Shown one piece after another: positions 49,412-60,716 of a stretch of 60,716 nucleotides of DNA. Location: assembly GCA_005884455.1 (NCBI GenBank), contig VBCH01000210.1, positions 1 to 60,716 on the forward strand, read 5' to 3'. The notes beneath the pieces were generated by a model. That model ran no database searches and was not told the origin of the DNA. It saw nothing but the letters and a program-made list of their open reading frames with translations. The number at the start of each line of letters is the position of its first letter. Within the stretch, counting starts at the first letter, position 1. The translations under genes and the position numbers were made by a program. The DNA comes from Betaproteobacteria bacterium (GTDB lineage Bacteria; Pseudomonadota; Gammaproteobacteria; Burkholderiales; SG8-39).

Positions 49412-51118
49412 ATGGAATTGACGGGCGCAGAGATCGTCGTAAAGTGCCTCCAGGCGGAGGGAGTCGAGTACGTCTTCGGCTATCCGGGCGGCGCGGTCCT
49501 TTTCATCTACGACGAGCTTTTCAAGCAGGACAAGGTCAAGCACATTTTGGTGCGCCACGAGCAGGGGGCGACGCATGCTGCGGACGGCTACTCGCGCTCA
49601 AGCGACAAGGTGGGCGTTGCGCTGGTGACCTCGGGGCCCGGCGTCACGAACGCGGTGACCGGGATAGCCACCGCGTACATGGATTCGATCCCGATGGTGA
49701 TCATCACCGGGCAGGTGCCCACCCACGCCATAGGCCTGGACGCATTCCAGGAATGCGACACGGTGGGGATCACGCGACCCTGCGTGAAGCACAATTTCCT
49801 GGTGAAAGACGTCAAGGACCTCGCCCTCACGATCAAGAAGGCGTTCTATCTCGCCAAGTCCGGGCGGCCCGGTCCGGTGCTCGTCGACATTCCCAAGGAC
49901 GTTACCTCGGCCAAGTGCCCGTTCCAGTATCCGGAAACGGTGACGATGCGCTCCTACAACCCGGTCGTGAAGGGGCATCCAGGTCAGATCAAGAAGGCCG
50001 TTCAGTTGCTCGCCGAGGCGAACCGCCCCATCGTCTACGCGGGCGGCGGCGTCGTTCTTTCGGGCGCGGCGAAGCAGCTTACGACGCTCGTCAGGATGCT
50101 GGGATTCCCGTGCACCAATACGCTCATGGGCCTGGGAGGGTATCCCGCAACCGATCCGCTGTTCCTCGGCATGCTCGGGATGCACGGCACCTACGAAGCC
50201 AATATGGCGATGCAGAATTGCGACGTTCTGCTTGCCGTAGGCGCGCGCTTCGATGATCGAGTCATCGGCAACCCGGCCCACTTCGGGCAGGTACAGCGCA
50301 AGATCATTCACATCGATATCGATCCGTCCTCGATCTCCAAGCGCGTGAAGGTCGACGTCCCGATCGTCGGCAACGTGTCCGATGTGCTCGAGGAACTGAG
50401 CCGGCAACTCGAGGCCGCAGGCTACAAACCGAACCAGAAGGCGCTCAGCGCCTGGTGGTCCCAGATCGGGCTGTGGAAATCCAAGGACTGCCTGAAGTAC
50501 GACAAGAAAAGCAAGATCATCAAGCCGCAGTTCGTGCTGGAGAGACTCTACGAAATCACCAAAGGCGATGCGTTCGTGACCTCCGATGTTGGCCAGCACC
50601 AGATGTGGGCGGCGCAGTTCTACAAGTTCGACAAGCCACGCCGCTGGATCAACTCCGGGGGCTTGGGCACCATGGGCTTCGGCCTGCCTGCGGCCATGGG
50701 CGTTCAGTTCGCGAACCCGGGCGCGACGGTCGCTTGCGTCACCGGCGAGGCGAGCATTCAGATGTGCATCCAGGAGCTCTCGACCTGCAAGCAGTACCGG
50801 CTCCCGATCAAGATAGTGAATCTCAACAACAAGTACATGGGCATGGTGCGCCAGTGGCAGCAGTTCTTCCACGGGAACCGCTACTCCGAGTCGTACATGG
50901 ACGCGCTGCCCGACTTCGTGAAACTTGCCGAGAGCTACGGCCACGTCGGCATCAAGGTGGAGGAGCCCGGCGACGTCGAGGCGGCGCTGAAGGACGCGTT
51001 CAAGCGCAAAAACGACCTGGTGTTCCTCGATTTCGTCACCGACCAGACCGAGAACGTCTATCCGATGGTCCAGGGCGGCAAGGGCCTGACGGAGATGATT
51101 CTTGCCGAGGAGCTGTAA
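49412..51118 (+). CDS. ilvB: Acetolactate synthase large subunit
   Basis: FGYPGGAVL, RHEQGA, TSGPG.TN, GMHG, DVGQHQMW, GMVRQWQ. Confidence 0.97.
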   Translation: MELTGAEIVVKCLQAEGVEYVFGYPGGAVLFIYDELFKQDKVKHILVRHEQGATHAADGYSRSSDKVGVALVTSGPGVTNAVTGIATAYMDSIPMVIITGQVPTHAIGLDAFQECDTVGITRPCVKHNFLVKDVKDLALTIKKAFYLAKSGRPGPVLVDIPKDVTSAKCPFQYPETVTMRSYNPVVKGHPGQIKKAVQLLAEANRPIVYAGGGVVLSGAAKQLTTLVRMLGFPCTNTLMGLGGYPATDPLFLGMLGMHGTYEANMAMQNCDVLLAVGARFDDRVIGNPAHFGQVQRKIIHIDIDPSSISKRVKVDVPIVGNVSDVLEELSRQLEAAGYKPNQKALSAWWSQIGLWKSKDCLKYDKKSKIIKPQFVLERLYEITKGDAFVTSDVGQHQMWAAQFYKFDKPRRWINSGGLGTMGFGLPAAMGVQFANPGATVACVTGEASIQMCIQELSTCKQYRLPIKIVNLNNKYMGMVRQWQQFFHGNRYSESYMDALPDFVKLAESYGHVGIKVEEPGDVEAALKDAFKRKNDLVFLDFVTDQTENVYPMVQGGKGLTEMILAEEL

Positions 51119-51238
51119 GCCCGACACGCGTCGGGTTCGATCAACGTTGGCTGAAGGGAGCTTGGTCCGGCGGCGCCACGAGCGCCGCGTCACAAGGGGC
51201 GCGAAACGCGCCGAGGGCCGGGCCTCAGCGAGGGAACA
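51119..51238 (+). ncRNA. Candidate structured cis RNA between ilvB and ilvN (ilvH-motif-like position)
   Basis: CCCGAC/GTCGGG hairpin; GCTGA/TCAGC and GGTCCGGC/GCCGGGCC enclosing GGCGC/GCGCC and GGCGCG/CGCGCC hairpins; ends at the SD. Confidence 0.4.
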
Positions 51239-51730
51239 ATGCGACACATCATTTCCATCATGCTCGAGAATGAGCCGGGGGCTCTTTCGAGAGTCGCCGG
51301 TCTGTTTTCGGCGCGCGGCTACAACATCGAAACGCTCACCGTGGCGCCGACCGAAGACGAGTCGCTTTCGCGCATGACCATCGTCACCACGGGTTCGGAC
51401 GACGTGGTGGAACAGATCACGAAACAGCTGAACAAGCTCGTCGAGGTGGTCAAGGTAGTCGATCTGTCAGAAGCGGCCCACATCGAGCGCGAGCTCATGC
51501 TGATCAAAGTCCGGGCCATGGGAAAGGAGCGTGAGGAGATGAAGCGGATGTCCGATATTTTCCGGGGTCGCATTATCGACGTTACCGAGAGCACTTATAC
51601 CATCGAGCTCACGGGCACGGGAGCCAAGCTCGATGCGTTCATTCAAGCGCTCGAGCACAGCGCCATCCTGGAGACGGTGCGAACCGGCGCCTCGGGCATC
51701 GGGCGCGGCGAGAGGGTCTTGAAGGTCTGA
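51239..51730 (+). CDS. ilvN: Acetolactate synthase small (regulatory) subunit
   Basis: MRHIISIMLENEPGALSRVAGLFSARGYNIE ACT domain. Confidence 0.97.
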   Translation: MRHIISIMLENEPGALSRVAGLFSARGYNIETLTVAPTEDESLSRMTIVTTGSDDVVEQITKQLNKLVEVVKVVDLSEAAHIERELMLIKVRAMGKEREEMKRMSDIFRGRIIDVTESTYTIELTGTGAKLDAFIQALEHSAILETVRTGASGIGRGERVLKV

Positions 51731-52777
<1,047 letters not shown>

Positions 52778-52814
52778 GGCGCGGCGGAGATCGGCATAAA
52801 GAGCCATGCCCGCA

Positions 52815-53468
52815 ATGAATGCGAGCTATCCGCATCCGATCATTGCACGCGAAGGCTGGCCTTTCCTCGCCGCGACGGTCGTCCTGGCGGTCGCATCCGG
52901 CTGGCTGATCGGTTGGTGGTCGGCTCCGCTCTGGCTTGCCGTGCTTTTCGTACTGCAGTTCTTTCGTGATCCGCCGCGGCAGGCGCCCGGCGACGCGCAC
53001 ACCGTGGTCTCACCCGCCGACGGACGAATCGTCGCGGTGGAACGGGCCCGCGACCCCTATCTCGAGCGCAACGCCATCAAGGTAAGCGTTTTCATGAATG
53101 TCTTCAACGTGCACTCCAATCGCTCACCGGTGGACGGCCATGTGCAAAAACGCTGGTACCATCCCGGGCGTTTCATCAACGCCGCTTTCGACAAAGCCTC
53201 CTTGGAGAACGAGCGCAACGCACTGTGGCTGCGTACGACCCGGGGTGCGGACGTGACCTGTGTGCAAATCGCGGGCCTGATCGCGAGACGCATTCTGTGC
53301 TACGTCGACGAGGGGGACAGCCTGGCGCGAGGTCAAAGGTTCGGCTTCATCCGTTTCGGCTCCCGCGTGGACGTTTACGTCCCCGAAGACGCGAATCTCG
53401 TGGCTGCACTGGGAGACAAGGTTTACGCGACCAGCACGGTGATTGCCACGCTGCCGCATCATGCTTGA
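52815..53468 (+). CDS. psd: Phosphatidylserine decarboxylase proenzyme
   Basis: [25 protein letters not shown] (GS autocleavage site). Confidence 0.93.
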   Translation: MNASYPHPIIAREGWPFLAATVVLAVASGWLIGWWSAPLWLAVLFVLQFFRDPPRQAPGDAHTVVSPADGRIVAVERARDPYLERNAIKVSVFMNVFNVHSNRSPVDGHVQKRWYHPGRFINAAFDKASLENERNALWLRTTRGADVTCVQIAGLIARRILCYVDEGDSLARGQRFGFIRFGSRVDVYVPEDANLVAALGDKVYATSTVIATLPHHA

Positions 53469-54231
53469 GCCCAATTTCCGCCGACCGCTGCTAAACACCG
53501 AGATCCGCCGCCGCGGAATCTACCTGCTGCCCAATCTTTTCACAACCGCGGCGCTGTTCGCCGGTTTCTACTCCATCGTAATGGCAATGAACCAGCGTTT
53601 CGACAACGCCGCTGTCGCCATCTTCATCGCCATGATCCTGGACACCCTCGACGGGCGGGTGGCGCGGCTGACGCACACGCAGAGCGCGTTCGGTGCCGAG
53701 TACGACTCGTTGTCCGACATGGTGTGCTTCGGCGCCGCGCCGGCCCTGGTCATCTATGAGTGGGCGCTCAAGGATTTGGGGCGCTTCGGCTGGATTGCGG
53801 CGTTCGTTTACTGCGCCGGGGCCGCGCTCCGGCTTGCCCGCTTCAACACCAACATCGAAGTAGTCGACAAGCGCTTCTTCCAGGGGCTACCGAGCCCGGC
53901 GGCAGCAGCCCTGGTGGCCGGATTTCTTTGGCTTGCGAGCGACAACAAGATTCCCGTCGACGACTACGGCGTGCCTTGGGTGGCCGCGTTCCTGACCCTT
54001 TACGCGGGGCTGACGATGGTGAGCAACGTGCCTTTCTACAGCTTCAAGGACATCAACCTGCGACGCTCCGTCCCCTTCGCCGTGATCCTGCTGATCGTCC
54101 TCGGCTTCATCCTGATATCCACGGATCCGCCCATCATCCTGTTCCTGCTGTTTGTCGCATACGGGCTGTCCGGGTACGTGTATTGGCTGTGGAAGAAGCG
54201 CCGCCCTCGGGGCCCCGCGCGGTTGCAGTAG
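53461..54231 (+). CDS. pssA: CDP-diacylglycerol--serine O-phosphatidyltransferase
   Basis: LPNLFT, D.LDGRVAR...FG.EYDSLSD, RLARFN. Confidence 0.95.
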   Translation: MLEPNFRRPLLNTEIRRRGIYLLPNLFTTAALFAGFYSIVMAMNQRFDNAAVAIFIAMILDTLDGRVARLTHTQSAFGAEYDSLSDMVCFGAAPALVIYEWALKDLGRFGWIAAFVYCAGAALRLARFNTNIEVVDKRFFQGLPSPAAAALVAGFLWLASDNKIPVDDYGVPWVAAFLTLYAGLTMVSNVPFYSFKDINLRRSVPFAVILLIVLGFILISTDPPIILFLLFVAYGLSGYVYWLWKKRRPRGPARLQ

Positions 54232-54251
54232 CTCAGGAAACCCGTTATATT
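54223..54251 (+). promoter_or_regulatory. Sigma70 promoter for the leader-leuA unit
   Basis: TTGCAG (54223-28), 17 nt spacer, TATATT (54246-51); ATG of the leader 7 nt later. Confidence 0.65.
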
Positions 54252-54258
54252 GCCCCAC

Positions 54259-54342
54259 ATGCATTTCCGCACCCTCGCTCTCAGCCTCACCCTCGGCAGC
54301 CTGCCCCTGGCGGGTCTGCTGCTGCGCCTCGCGCGCACATAA
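54259..54342 (+). CDS. Leucine-rich leader peptide of leuA (27 aa, MHFRTLALSLTLGSLPLAGLLLRLART)
   Basis: 10 of 27 codons are Leu, including CTG CTG CTG; stop is followed by an 8-bp hairpin (54371-54392) and then leuA. Confidence 0.75.
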   Translation: MHFRTLALSLTLGSLPLAGLLLRLART

Positions 54343-54426
54343 TCCCAAACCCAATTCGGCAGTACCCGGTCGCGGCGCAAGCAGGCGCCGCGGAACGATC
54401 TCAGGCATTCGATGCGGAGCGGCACC

Positions 54427-55962
54427 ATGAAAGAACGACTCATCATATTCGATACCACCATGCGCGACGGCGAGCAGAGCCCCGGCGCCTCAATGACCAA
54501 GGAGGAGAAGCTGCGCATTGCGCGGCAACTGGAACGCTTGCGCGTGGATGTGATCGAGGCGGGCTTCCCGGCTTCTTCGAACGGCGATTTCGAGGCGGTG
54601 CAGGCGGTTGCGGGCATGATCAAGGATTCGACGGTGGCCGGCCTGTGTCGCGCCAACGATCGCGACGTCCAGCGCGGGGTCGATGCGCTGAAGAAGGCGA
54701 AATCCGGGCGCATTCACCTCTTCATCGCGACCAGCGCGCTCCATATGGAGAAGAAGCTGCGCATGACGCCGGAGCAGGTGCTCGAGCAGGCGACCCTGTC
54801 GGTGCGCTTTGCGCGCAAGCACCGTGACGACATCGAGTTCTCGCCCGAGGACGGCAGCCGCTCCGACCCCGATTTTCTTTGCCGTGTCCTCGAGGCCGTG
54901 ATCAAGGAAGGCGCCAATACCATCAACATTCCCGATACCGTCGGCTACGCGGTACCCGAGCAGTTCGGCGAGTTCATCAGGAAGCTGCGGGAGAGGGTCC
55001 CGAACTCCGACAAGGCTGTGTGGTCCGTGCACTGCCACAACGACCTCGGCATGGCGGTGGCGAACTCGCTCGCCGCGGTCACGATCGGGGGCGCGCGCCA
55101 GATCGAGTGCACGGTGAACGGCCTGGGCGAGCGCGCCGGCAACACTTCTCTGGAGGAAGTGGTCATGGCGGTGCGCACCCGTGGCGATTTCTTCAACCTC
55201 GCGACGCGCATCGACACCAGCCAGATCGTGCCGGCCTCGCGTCTGGTGTCCCAGATCACCGGGTTCGTGGTTCAGCCCAACAAGGCGGTGGTGGGCGCGA
55301 ACGCCTTTGCGCATGCTTCCGGCATCCACCAGGACGGTGTGCTGAAGAGCCGCGACACCTACGAGATCATGCGCGCCGAGGACGTTGGGTGGACCGCGAA
55401 CAAGATCGTGCTCGGCAAGCTCTCGGGCCGGAGCGCCTTTCGCCAGCGGCTCAAGGAGATCGGCATCGAGCTCGACGGAGAGGACGCATACAACAAGGCG
55501 TTCCAGCGCTTCAAGGACCTCGCCGACAAGAAGGCAGACATCTTCGACGAGGACCTGCAGGCGCTCGTCTCCGACGGAGCGACTGCCGCCGCGGCGGAGC
55601 ACTGGCAGTTGGTGCGCATGAGCCAGGCGAGCGGCACGAGCGAGCGTCCGCACGCGAAGCTCGTGCTCGCCGAGGCCGGCAAGGAGCGCCAGGCCGACGC
55701 CGAGGGCGACGGCCCGGTGGATGCGACTTTCAAGGCGATCGAACGCGTGGCCAAGAGCGGCGCCGAGCTGCTGCTGTACTCCGTGAATGCCGTAACGCAA
55801 GGGACCGAGTCGCAGGGCGAAGTGACCGTGCGCCTCGCGAAGGGCGGCAGGATAGTCAACGGTGTAGGCGCCGACACCGATATCATCGTCGCTTCGGCCA
55901 AGGCCTACGTCAATGCACTCAACAAGCTACAGGGCGCCCAGCGAATCAACCCGCAGGGGTGA
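54427..55962 (+). CDS. leuA: 2-isopropylmalate synthase
   Basis: [42 protein letters not shown]. Confidence 0.97.
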   Translation: MKERLIIFDTTMRDGEQSPGASMTKEEKLRIARQLERLRVDVIEAGFPASSNGDFEAVQAVAGMIKDSTVAGLCRANDRDVQRGVDALKKAKSGRIHLFIATSALHMEKKLRMTPEQVLEQATLSVRFARKHRDDIEFSPEDGSRSDPDFLCRVLEAVIKEGANTINIPDTVGYAVPEQFGEFIRKLRERVPNSDKAVWSVHCHNDLGMAVANSLAAVTIGGARQIECTVNGLGERAGNTSLEEVVMAVRTRGDFFNLATRIDTSQIVPASRLVSQITGFVVQPNKAVVGANAFAHASGIHQDGVLKSRDTYEIMRAEDVGWTANKIVLGKLSGRSAFRQRLKEIGIELDGEDAYNKAFQRFKDLADKKADIFDEDLQALVSDGATAAAAEHWQLVRMSQASGTSERPHAKLVLAEAGKERQADAEGDGPVDATFKAIERVAKSGAELLLYSVNAVTQGTESQGEVTVRLAKGGRIVNGVGADTDIIVASAKAYVNALNKLQGAQRINPQG

Positions 55963-56009
55963 GGGCCCTTATATCATAGGAGACGTTCACGCTTCGATTC
56001 AGGGATCCC

Positions 56010-57224
56010 ATGCCCTTTGCGCTGCGACAGCTGGGCCGCTTCCTTGCGCACGTGTTCAAGCGCTTCAACGAGGACCGCTGTTTGCAGATCGCCTCGAGTC
56101 TCACTTTTACGACCTTGCTTGCGCTCGTGCCGCTCGTCACTCTCACGCTCGCGCTCATGACGGCGTTCCCGATTTTTTCGGGGCTGGGGGAGCACATCCA
56201 TGCGTTCCTGCTCGCGAACATGTTGCCCGAGACAGCGGGAAGGGTGGTCACCGGATACATCGAACAATTCTCGGGTCAGGCCGGGCGGTTGACCGCTCTC
56301 GGCTCAGCGGTGCTCGCCGTCACTGCTTTCCTCATGATGGTCACGATAGAGCGAGCGTTCAACACGATCTGGCGCGTTTCGCGCCCGCGTCCTCTGGCGC
56401 AGCGCATCCTCATGTATTGGGCAACGCTCACCCTCGGGCCGGTTCTCATCGGCGCGAGCCTTTCGATCACCTCGTACCTCGTCGGTGTATCCCTCGGATT
56501 CGCGCGGCAGAGTCCTTTTGCAGGTGCGGCGATTCTCGGACTCGTCCCATTCGTCCTGACCTGTGCAGCGTTCACGCTGCTCTACTATTTCGTGCCGAAC
56601 CGCGCGGTCAAGCCGCGCCACGCCCTGATCGGAGGCCTGGTCGCGGCCCTGGTGTTCGAGATCATGAAGCGAAGCTTCGCTCTCTATATCGCGAAAATCC
56701 CCACCTATGCGTTGGTCTACGGCGCATTTGCAGTGATCCCGGTCTTTCTCCTCTGGGTCTATTTTTCCTGGGTGGTGATCGTGATCGGCGCGTTGATTGC
56801 CGCGCTGGCGCCGGATTTCACCGTGCTGCGCGAAACGGCGCGGCGCCCGTCGGGAGCCGGCTTCGGCGACGTGTTGGAGGTCCTTCTGGTTCTGGCGCGC
56901 GCCCAGCAAGGTCCGGAGCTTCTCGAATTGAGGAAAATTGCCCAGCACGCATCGCTCACGGTGGATCAGACCGAGCGGATACTCGAACGCCTAGTTGCGC
57001 GTGGCTGGGTGGCGAGGTCCTCCGGCGAGCGCTACGCAATGGTCGTCGACAAGGAACGACTCCTCGTGGCTGACGTATATCGCGAGTTCGCTCTGGATGG
57101 CGAAGCGCCAGGGGCTCGAGGGCGCAGCGAACCCCTGAAGCGACTCCTGGGGCAGTTTGCCGCGCGCGCGGACGAAACCTTGAACCTGCCCCTCGGGCGC
57201 CTGCTTGAAAGGGACAGGGCTTGA
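56010..57224 (+). CDS. YihY/virulence factor BrkB family membrane protein with C-terminal wHTH-like extension
   Basis: ASSLTFTTLLALVP, IERAFNTIW, YGAFA..PVFLLWVY.SW. Confidence 0.9.
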   Translation: MPFALRQLGRFLAHVFKRFNEDRCLQIASSLTFTTLLALVPLVTLTLALMTAFPIFSGLGEHIHAFLLANMLPETAGRVVTGYIEQFSGQAGRLTALGSAVLAVTAFLMMVTIERAFNTIWRVSRPRPLAQRILMYWATLTLGPVLIGASLSITSYLVGVSLGFARQSPFAGAAILGLVPFVLTCAAFTLLYYFVPNRAVKPRHALIGGLVAALVFEIMKRSFALYIAKIPTYALVYGAFAVIPVFLLWVYFSWVVIVIGALIAALAPDFTVLRETARRPSGAGFGDVLEVLLVLARAQQGPELLELRKIAQHASLTVDQTERILERLVARGWVARSSGERYAMVVDKERLLVADVYREFALDGEAPGARGRSEPLKRLLGQFAARADETLNLPLGRLLERDRA

Positions 57225-57251
57225 TCCGTTAGAATCCTCGCTTCGAACGCC

Positions 57252-57971
57252 ATGACATCGCAGATGAAGACGATCCCGCGCGCCGAGCGCCTGATAGCGG
57301 CCTTGGACGTGGCGGGCGTCGAAGAGGCGAAAGCCCTTGTACAGCGCCTTGGAGACAGCGTGAGCTTCTACAAGGTCGGCCTGGAATTGTTCATGGCGGA
57401 AGGATTCTTCGGCTTCATCGATTGGCTTGCGCGAACGGGGAAGAAAGTGTTCGTCGATCTGAAGTTTTTCGATATCCCCGAGACGGTTCGCGCCGCGGTG
57501 CGCGGGCTTGGCAATCGGGGCGTGACCTTCGCAACCGTGCACGGCAACCAGGCGATGCTCGAGGCGGCGGCACAGGCCAAGGGGGACGTAAAAATCCTCG
57601 CGGTCACGGTTCTTACCAGCCTCGATCAGGGCGATCTCGACGACCTCGGTTTTCAATGCGATGTACAGACCCTGGTGCTCTCGCGGGCGCGACGGGCGCT
57701 CGAGGCCGGCTGCGATGGAGTCGTTTCCTCGGGGCTGGAGGCGCCGGCGCTGAGGCGCGAGCTGGGTGCGCGGCTACTGATCGTCACGCCGGGAATCCGA
57801 CCGGTGCAGAATCGCCTCACAGGCGACCAGAAGCGCACGGTCGACGTGGCGCGGGCTTTCGCGAACGGCGCCGACTACATCGTCGTCGGCCGACCGATCC
57901 GCGAGGCGCCCGATCCTCGTGCCGCGGCGCAAGCGATTCAGGCGACGATTGCGACCGAGTTTCCCGGTTGA
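57252..57971 (+). CDS. pyrF: Orotidine-5'-phosphate decarboxylase
   Basis: ALD, KVG, DLKFFDIPETV, VTVLTS, TPGIRP, VVGRPI. Confidence 0.96.
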   Translation: MTSQMKTIPRAERLIAALDVAGVEEAKALVQRLGDSVSFYKVGLELFMAEGFFGFIDWLARTGKKVFVDLKFFDIPETVRAAVRGLGNRGVTFATVHGNQAMLEAAAQAKGDVKILAVTVLTSLDQGDLDDLGFQCDVQTLVLSRARRALEAGCDGVVSSGLEAPALRRELGARLLIVTPGIRPVQNRLTGDQKRTVDVARAFANGADYIVVGRPIREAPDPRAAAQAIQATIATEFPG

Positions 57972-57983
57972 TATCCGGACGGG

Positions 57984-58610
57984 CTAGCCGGCGTCAGTCG
58001 AGGCGTGAGCGGCGGCAAGCTTGCCTTCGTAGCGCCACACGCTGCGCCAGGCGCCGATCACCGTATTGGGATACTCGGGCCTGCCGAAGGATCCGTTATA
58101 TCGACTCAGGGCGCGAAAGAGATCCCCTTTTTCACGATCGAGGTAGTACTTCAGGATTACGCAGCCGTAGCGAAGGTTGTAGCGCAGACTGAACAGGTTG
58201 TCGCCTTGGCGCCCCACCAATCCCACCCAGAAGGGCATGACCTGCATGTAGCCTCGGGCGCCCGAGCGCGATACGGCGTACTTGCGAAAATTGCTCTCGA
58301 CCTGGATCACCGCCAGCACGAGCTGCGGGTCGAGCTTCGCGCGATTCGCCTCGAAGTGCACCGTGCGCAGAAACTCCACGCGCGACTGGAAGTTGGGCAT
58401 CCTCGCTTCCAGGCGATGCGACATTTCGGCGAGCCAGTCGACTGCCGACTCCGAGTCGGCAAAGGCATGGCGCGGCGCCGGCTTGTCCGCGATCGACTCC
58501 TGCAGGCCGGCCCGCACCTCGATCGCGAGCGGTTCGTAGATCTGGGCTCCCGCGAGCGCGAGGCCCGGGAACGCGATCCCGACCAGCGCCAAGCCGGTGC
58601 CTTTCAGCAT
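57984..58610 (-). CDS. Lytic transglycosylase (SLT domain)
   Basis: [30 protein letters not shown]; signal peptide. Confidence 0.92.
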   Translation of the reverse strand: MLKGTGLALVGIAFPGLALAGAQIYEPLAIEVRAGLQESIADKPAPRHAFADSESAVDWLAEMSHRLEARMPNFQSRVEFLRTVHFEANRAKLDPQLVLAVIQVESNFRKYAVSRSGARGYMQVMPFWVGLVGRQGDNLFSLRYNLRYGCVILKYYLDREKGDLFRALSRYNGSFGRPEYPNTVIGAWRSVWRYEGKLAAAHASTDAG

Positions 58611-60325
58611 GAGCTCATGCGCAGCGGGGCAAGCGGATCGCCGAGCGGCACCTTCTTCGTCTCCTTGTCGAGGCGACCCTGATACTCGATCAATCCATCC
58701 TTGAGTCTGCGCTCGCCGACAACGATGCGGTGGGGAATGCCGATGAGCTCCATGTCGGCGAACATCACGCCCGGCCGCTCGTCGCGATCGTCGAGCAGAA
58801 CCTCGAAGCCGGCATCGGTGAGCGTGCGATAGATCGAGTCGGCGACGTCGCGGACCGCGGCGTTCTTGCCGTAGCCGATGGGAACCAGGGCGACATGGAA
58901 CGGCGCGATCGGCTCCGGAAAGACGATTCCGTGCTCGTCGTGGTTCTGCTCGATCGCGGCGGCCACGATGCGGGTGATACCCATTCCATAGCAGCCCATC
59001 TCGAAAGGACGATTGTTGCCCGCCTCGTCGAGAAACGTCGCTTTCATGGATTCCGAATATTGGGTGCGCAGCTGAAAGATGTGGCCGACTTCGATACCCC
59101 GGACGATTTCCAGAGTCCCCTTGCCGTCGGGGCTGGGATCGCCGGCAACAACCTTGCGGATGTCTGCTATTTGGCCGGGCTCCGGGAGGTCACGTCCCCA
59201 GTTGACGCCTGTGAGGTGGAACCCCGCCTCGTTTGCACCGCAGACGAAATCGCTCATTGTCGCTACCGTGCGATCGGCGTAGATGTTCAACGGTACGGTG
59301 CTCACCGGTCCGATGTAGCCGGGGCGGCACTTCAACGTCTGTTCGATCTCTTCGTCTCTTGCGAACCGGAACGTGCCGATCACCTTCTGGGTCTTGACCT
59401 CGTTCAGGTCGTGGTCGCCGCGAACGAGTAGCATTGCGAACGATCCCGAAGCTCCTTTTGGGGCTTCGTCGCGCACGATGGCGATTGCCTTCACGGTTTT
59501 CTCAATCGGTACGCCAAGCAAGTTCGCGACATCTTCGCAACGGGTCTTACCGGGGGTCGCGACCTTCTTCATTCTCTCCGTCGGAGCCCTTCGGGCAACC
59601 TTCGGCGCTACGGCCTCGGCGAGCTCCACATTCGCCGCGTACTCGGACTGCGGGCAGTAAGCGATGGCGTCCTCGCCCGATTCGGCGAGGACGTGAAATT
59701 CCTGTGACTCAGTACCGCCGATCGCACCAGGGTCGCCGGCAACAGCGCGGAATTTCAACCCCAGGCGGACGAAGATCCGCGTATAAGTGTCGTACATATT
59801 CCGGTATTCGCGTTGGAGGTCAGCGTAGTCGGCGTGAAAGGAATAGCCGTCCTTCATGGTGAACTCGCGCCCGCGCATGACGCCGAAGCGCGGCCGGATC
59901 TCGTCACGGAACTTGGTCTGGATCTGATAGAAATGCAGGGGTAGCTGACGGTAGCTGCGAATTTCGCGGCGCGCGATGTCTGTGATCACTTCCTCGTGCG
60001 TGGGGCCGACGCAGAAATCGCGTTCGTGACGGTCTTTGAAGCGCAGCAACTCCGGTCCGTACTTCCGCCAGCGCCCGGACTCCTGCCACAGCTCCGCGGG
60101 TTGCACCGCGGGCATGAAGAGCTCGATCGCTCCGGCGAGATTCATTTCCTCTCGAACGATGGTTTCGACCTTGCGAACGACCCGCAGCCCCAAAGGCATC
60201 CACGTGTAGATTCCGCCGGCGAGTCTGCGGATCAGTCCCGCGCGGACCATCAGCTTGTGGCTGACGAGCTCAGCATCAGAAGGGGCCTCCTTGAGCGTTG
60301 CAAGAAAGTATCGCGAAGTGCGCAT
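58604..60325 (-). CDS. proS: Proline--tRNA ligase (with INS editing domain)
   Basis: [44 protein letters not shown]. Confidence 0.98.
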   Translation of the reverse strand: MRTSRYFLATLKEAPSDAELVSHKLMVRAGLIRRLAGGIYTWMPLGLRVVRKVETIVREEMNLAGAIELFMPAVQPAELWQESGRWRKYGPELLRFKDRHERDFCVGPTHEEVITDIARREIRSYRQLPLHFYQIQTKFRDEIRPRFGVMRGREFTMKDGYSFHADYADLQREYRNMYDTYTRIFVRLGLKFRAVAGDPGAIGGTESQEFHVLAESGEDAIAYCPQSEYAANVELAEAVAPKVARRAPTERMKKVATPGKTRCEDVANLLGVPIEKTVKAIAIVRDEAPKGASGSFAMLLVRGDHDLNEVKTQKVIGTFRFARDEEIEQTLKCRPGYIGPVSTVPLNIYADRTVATMSDFVCGANEAGFHLTGVNWGRDLPEPGQIADIRKVVAGDPSPDGKGTLEIVRGIEVGHIFQLRTQYSESMKATFLDEAGNNRPFEMGCYGMGITRIVAAAIEQNHDEHGIVFPEPIAPFHVALVPIGYGKNAAVRDVADSIYRTLTDAGFEVLLDDRDERPGVMFADMELIGIPHRIVVGERRLKDGLIEYQGRLDKETKKVPLGDPLAPLRMSSC

Positions 60326-60455
60326 AGCGGGGAGCGAGCCAGGACGCGACATTCTACTTGAACTCGCGCGCCTCACAGCCGCGGGCGGCGTCGCCTTCAA
60401 ATCGCCGGCGATTTGTGAAAGAATGGGTGCGGACAGACTTTTTGCTGGATGGCGT

Positions 60456-60716
60456 ATGCTCGATCGAGACGGCTATCGGCCGAACGTCGGCATCATCCTC
60501 TGCAACGGGCGCAACGAGGTCTTTTGGGGCAAGCGCGTCAAGGAACACTCCTGGCAGTTCCCGCAGGGCGGGATCAAGCTTGGGGAAACCCCGGTGCAGG
60601 CGATGTACCGCGAACTGCGCGAAGAAGTGGGCCTGCTGCCCAGCCACGTGAAGATCCTGGGGCGGACGCGCAACTGGCTGCGCTACGAGGTGCCTGCGCA
60701 GTGGCTCAAACGGGAC
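60456..60716 (+). CDS. rppH: RNA pyrophosphohydrolase (3' truncated by window edge)
   Basis: [15 protein letters not shown]...[24 protein letters not shown] Nudix box; divergent from proS. Confidence 0.93.
   Translation, partial: MLDRDGYRPNVGIILCNGRNEVFWGKRVKEHSWQFPQGGIKLGETPVQAMYRELREEVGLLPSHVKILGRTRNWLRYEVPAQWLKRD

Noticed and set aside
59150-59830. Slightly more A/T-ending codons in the proS editing region
   Set aside because: The shift is mild and has no sharp boundary visible by eye, unlike valS; cannot be supported without computation

Overview
GC-rich betaproteobacterial chromosomal segment. I found no rRNA, tRNA, CRISPR array or recognisable mobile element. There are four blocks. 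(1) 1.2-16.6 kb is an oxalate/formate cluster: NAD-linked two-subunit formate dehydrogenase, fhs-terC, a TctCBA transporter, a Cys-free Crp/Fnr regulator, oxc-frc and a stand-alone ALDH1L1-type formyltransferase. All four plus-strand transcription units carry the same TTGA(T/C)-N4-GTCAA box 22-23 nt before a -10 hexamer, which looks like a self-contained regulon. (2) 16.9-34.9 kb is a co-oriented signalling and type IV pilus island: CHASE2 Ser/Thr kinase, PP2C, double FHA, CHASE2 adenylate cyclase, MBL-fold cNMP phosphodiesterase, cNMP-rhodanese, GAF-PilB/GspE ATPase and GAF-HD-GYP. It ends in a sigma54-driven pilin flanked by an OGT/SPY-like (GT41) and a TMTC-like glycosyltransferase. (3) 34.9-49.3 kb holds moaC, bepA, a chrB-like gene, a tusA-like gene, an MFS transporter, valS (with a low-GC internal patch), holC, pepA, lptFG and an ECF sigma module. 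(4) 49.4-60.7 kb holds ilvB-ilvN-ilvC, psd-pssA, a Leu-rich leader peptide before leuA, yihY, pyrF, an SLT gene, proS and partial rppH. All calls come from reading motifs by eye; no database searches were run.
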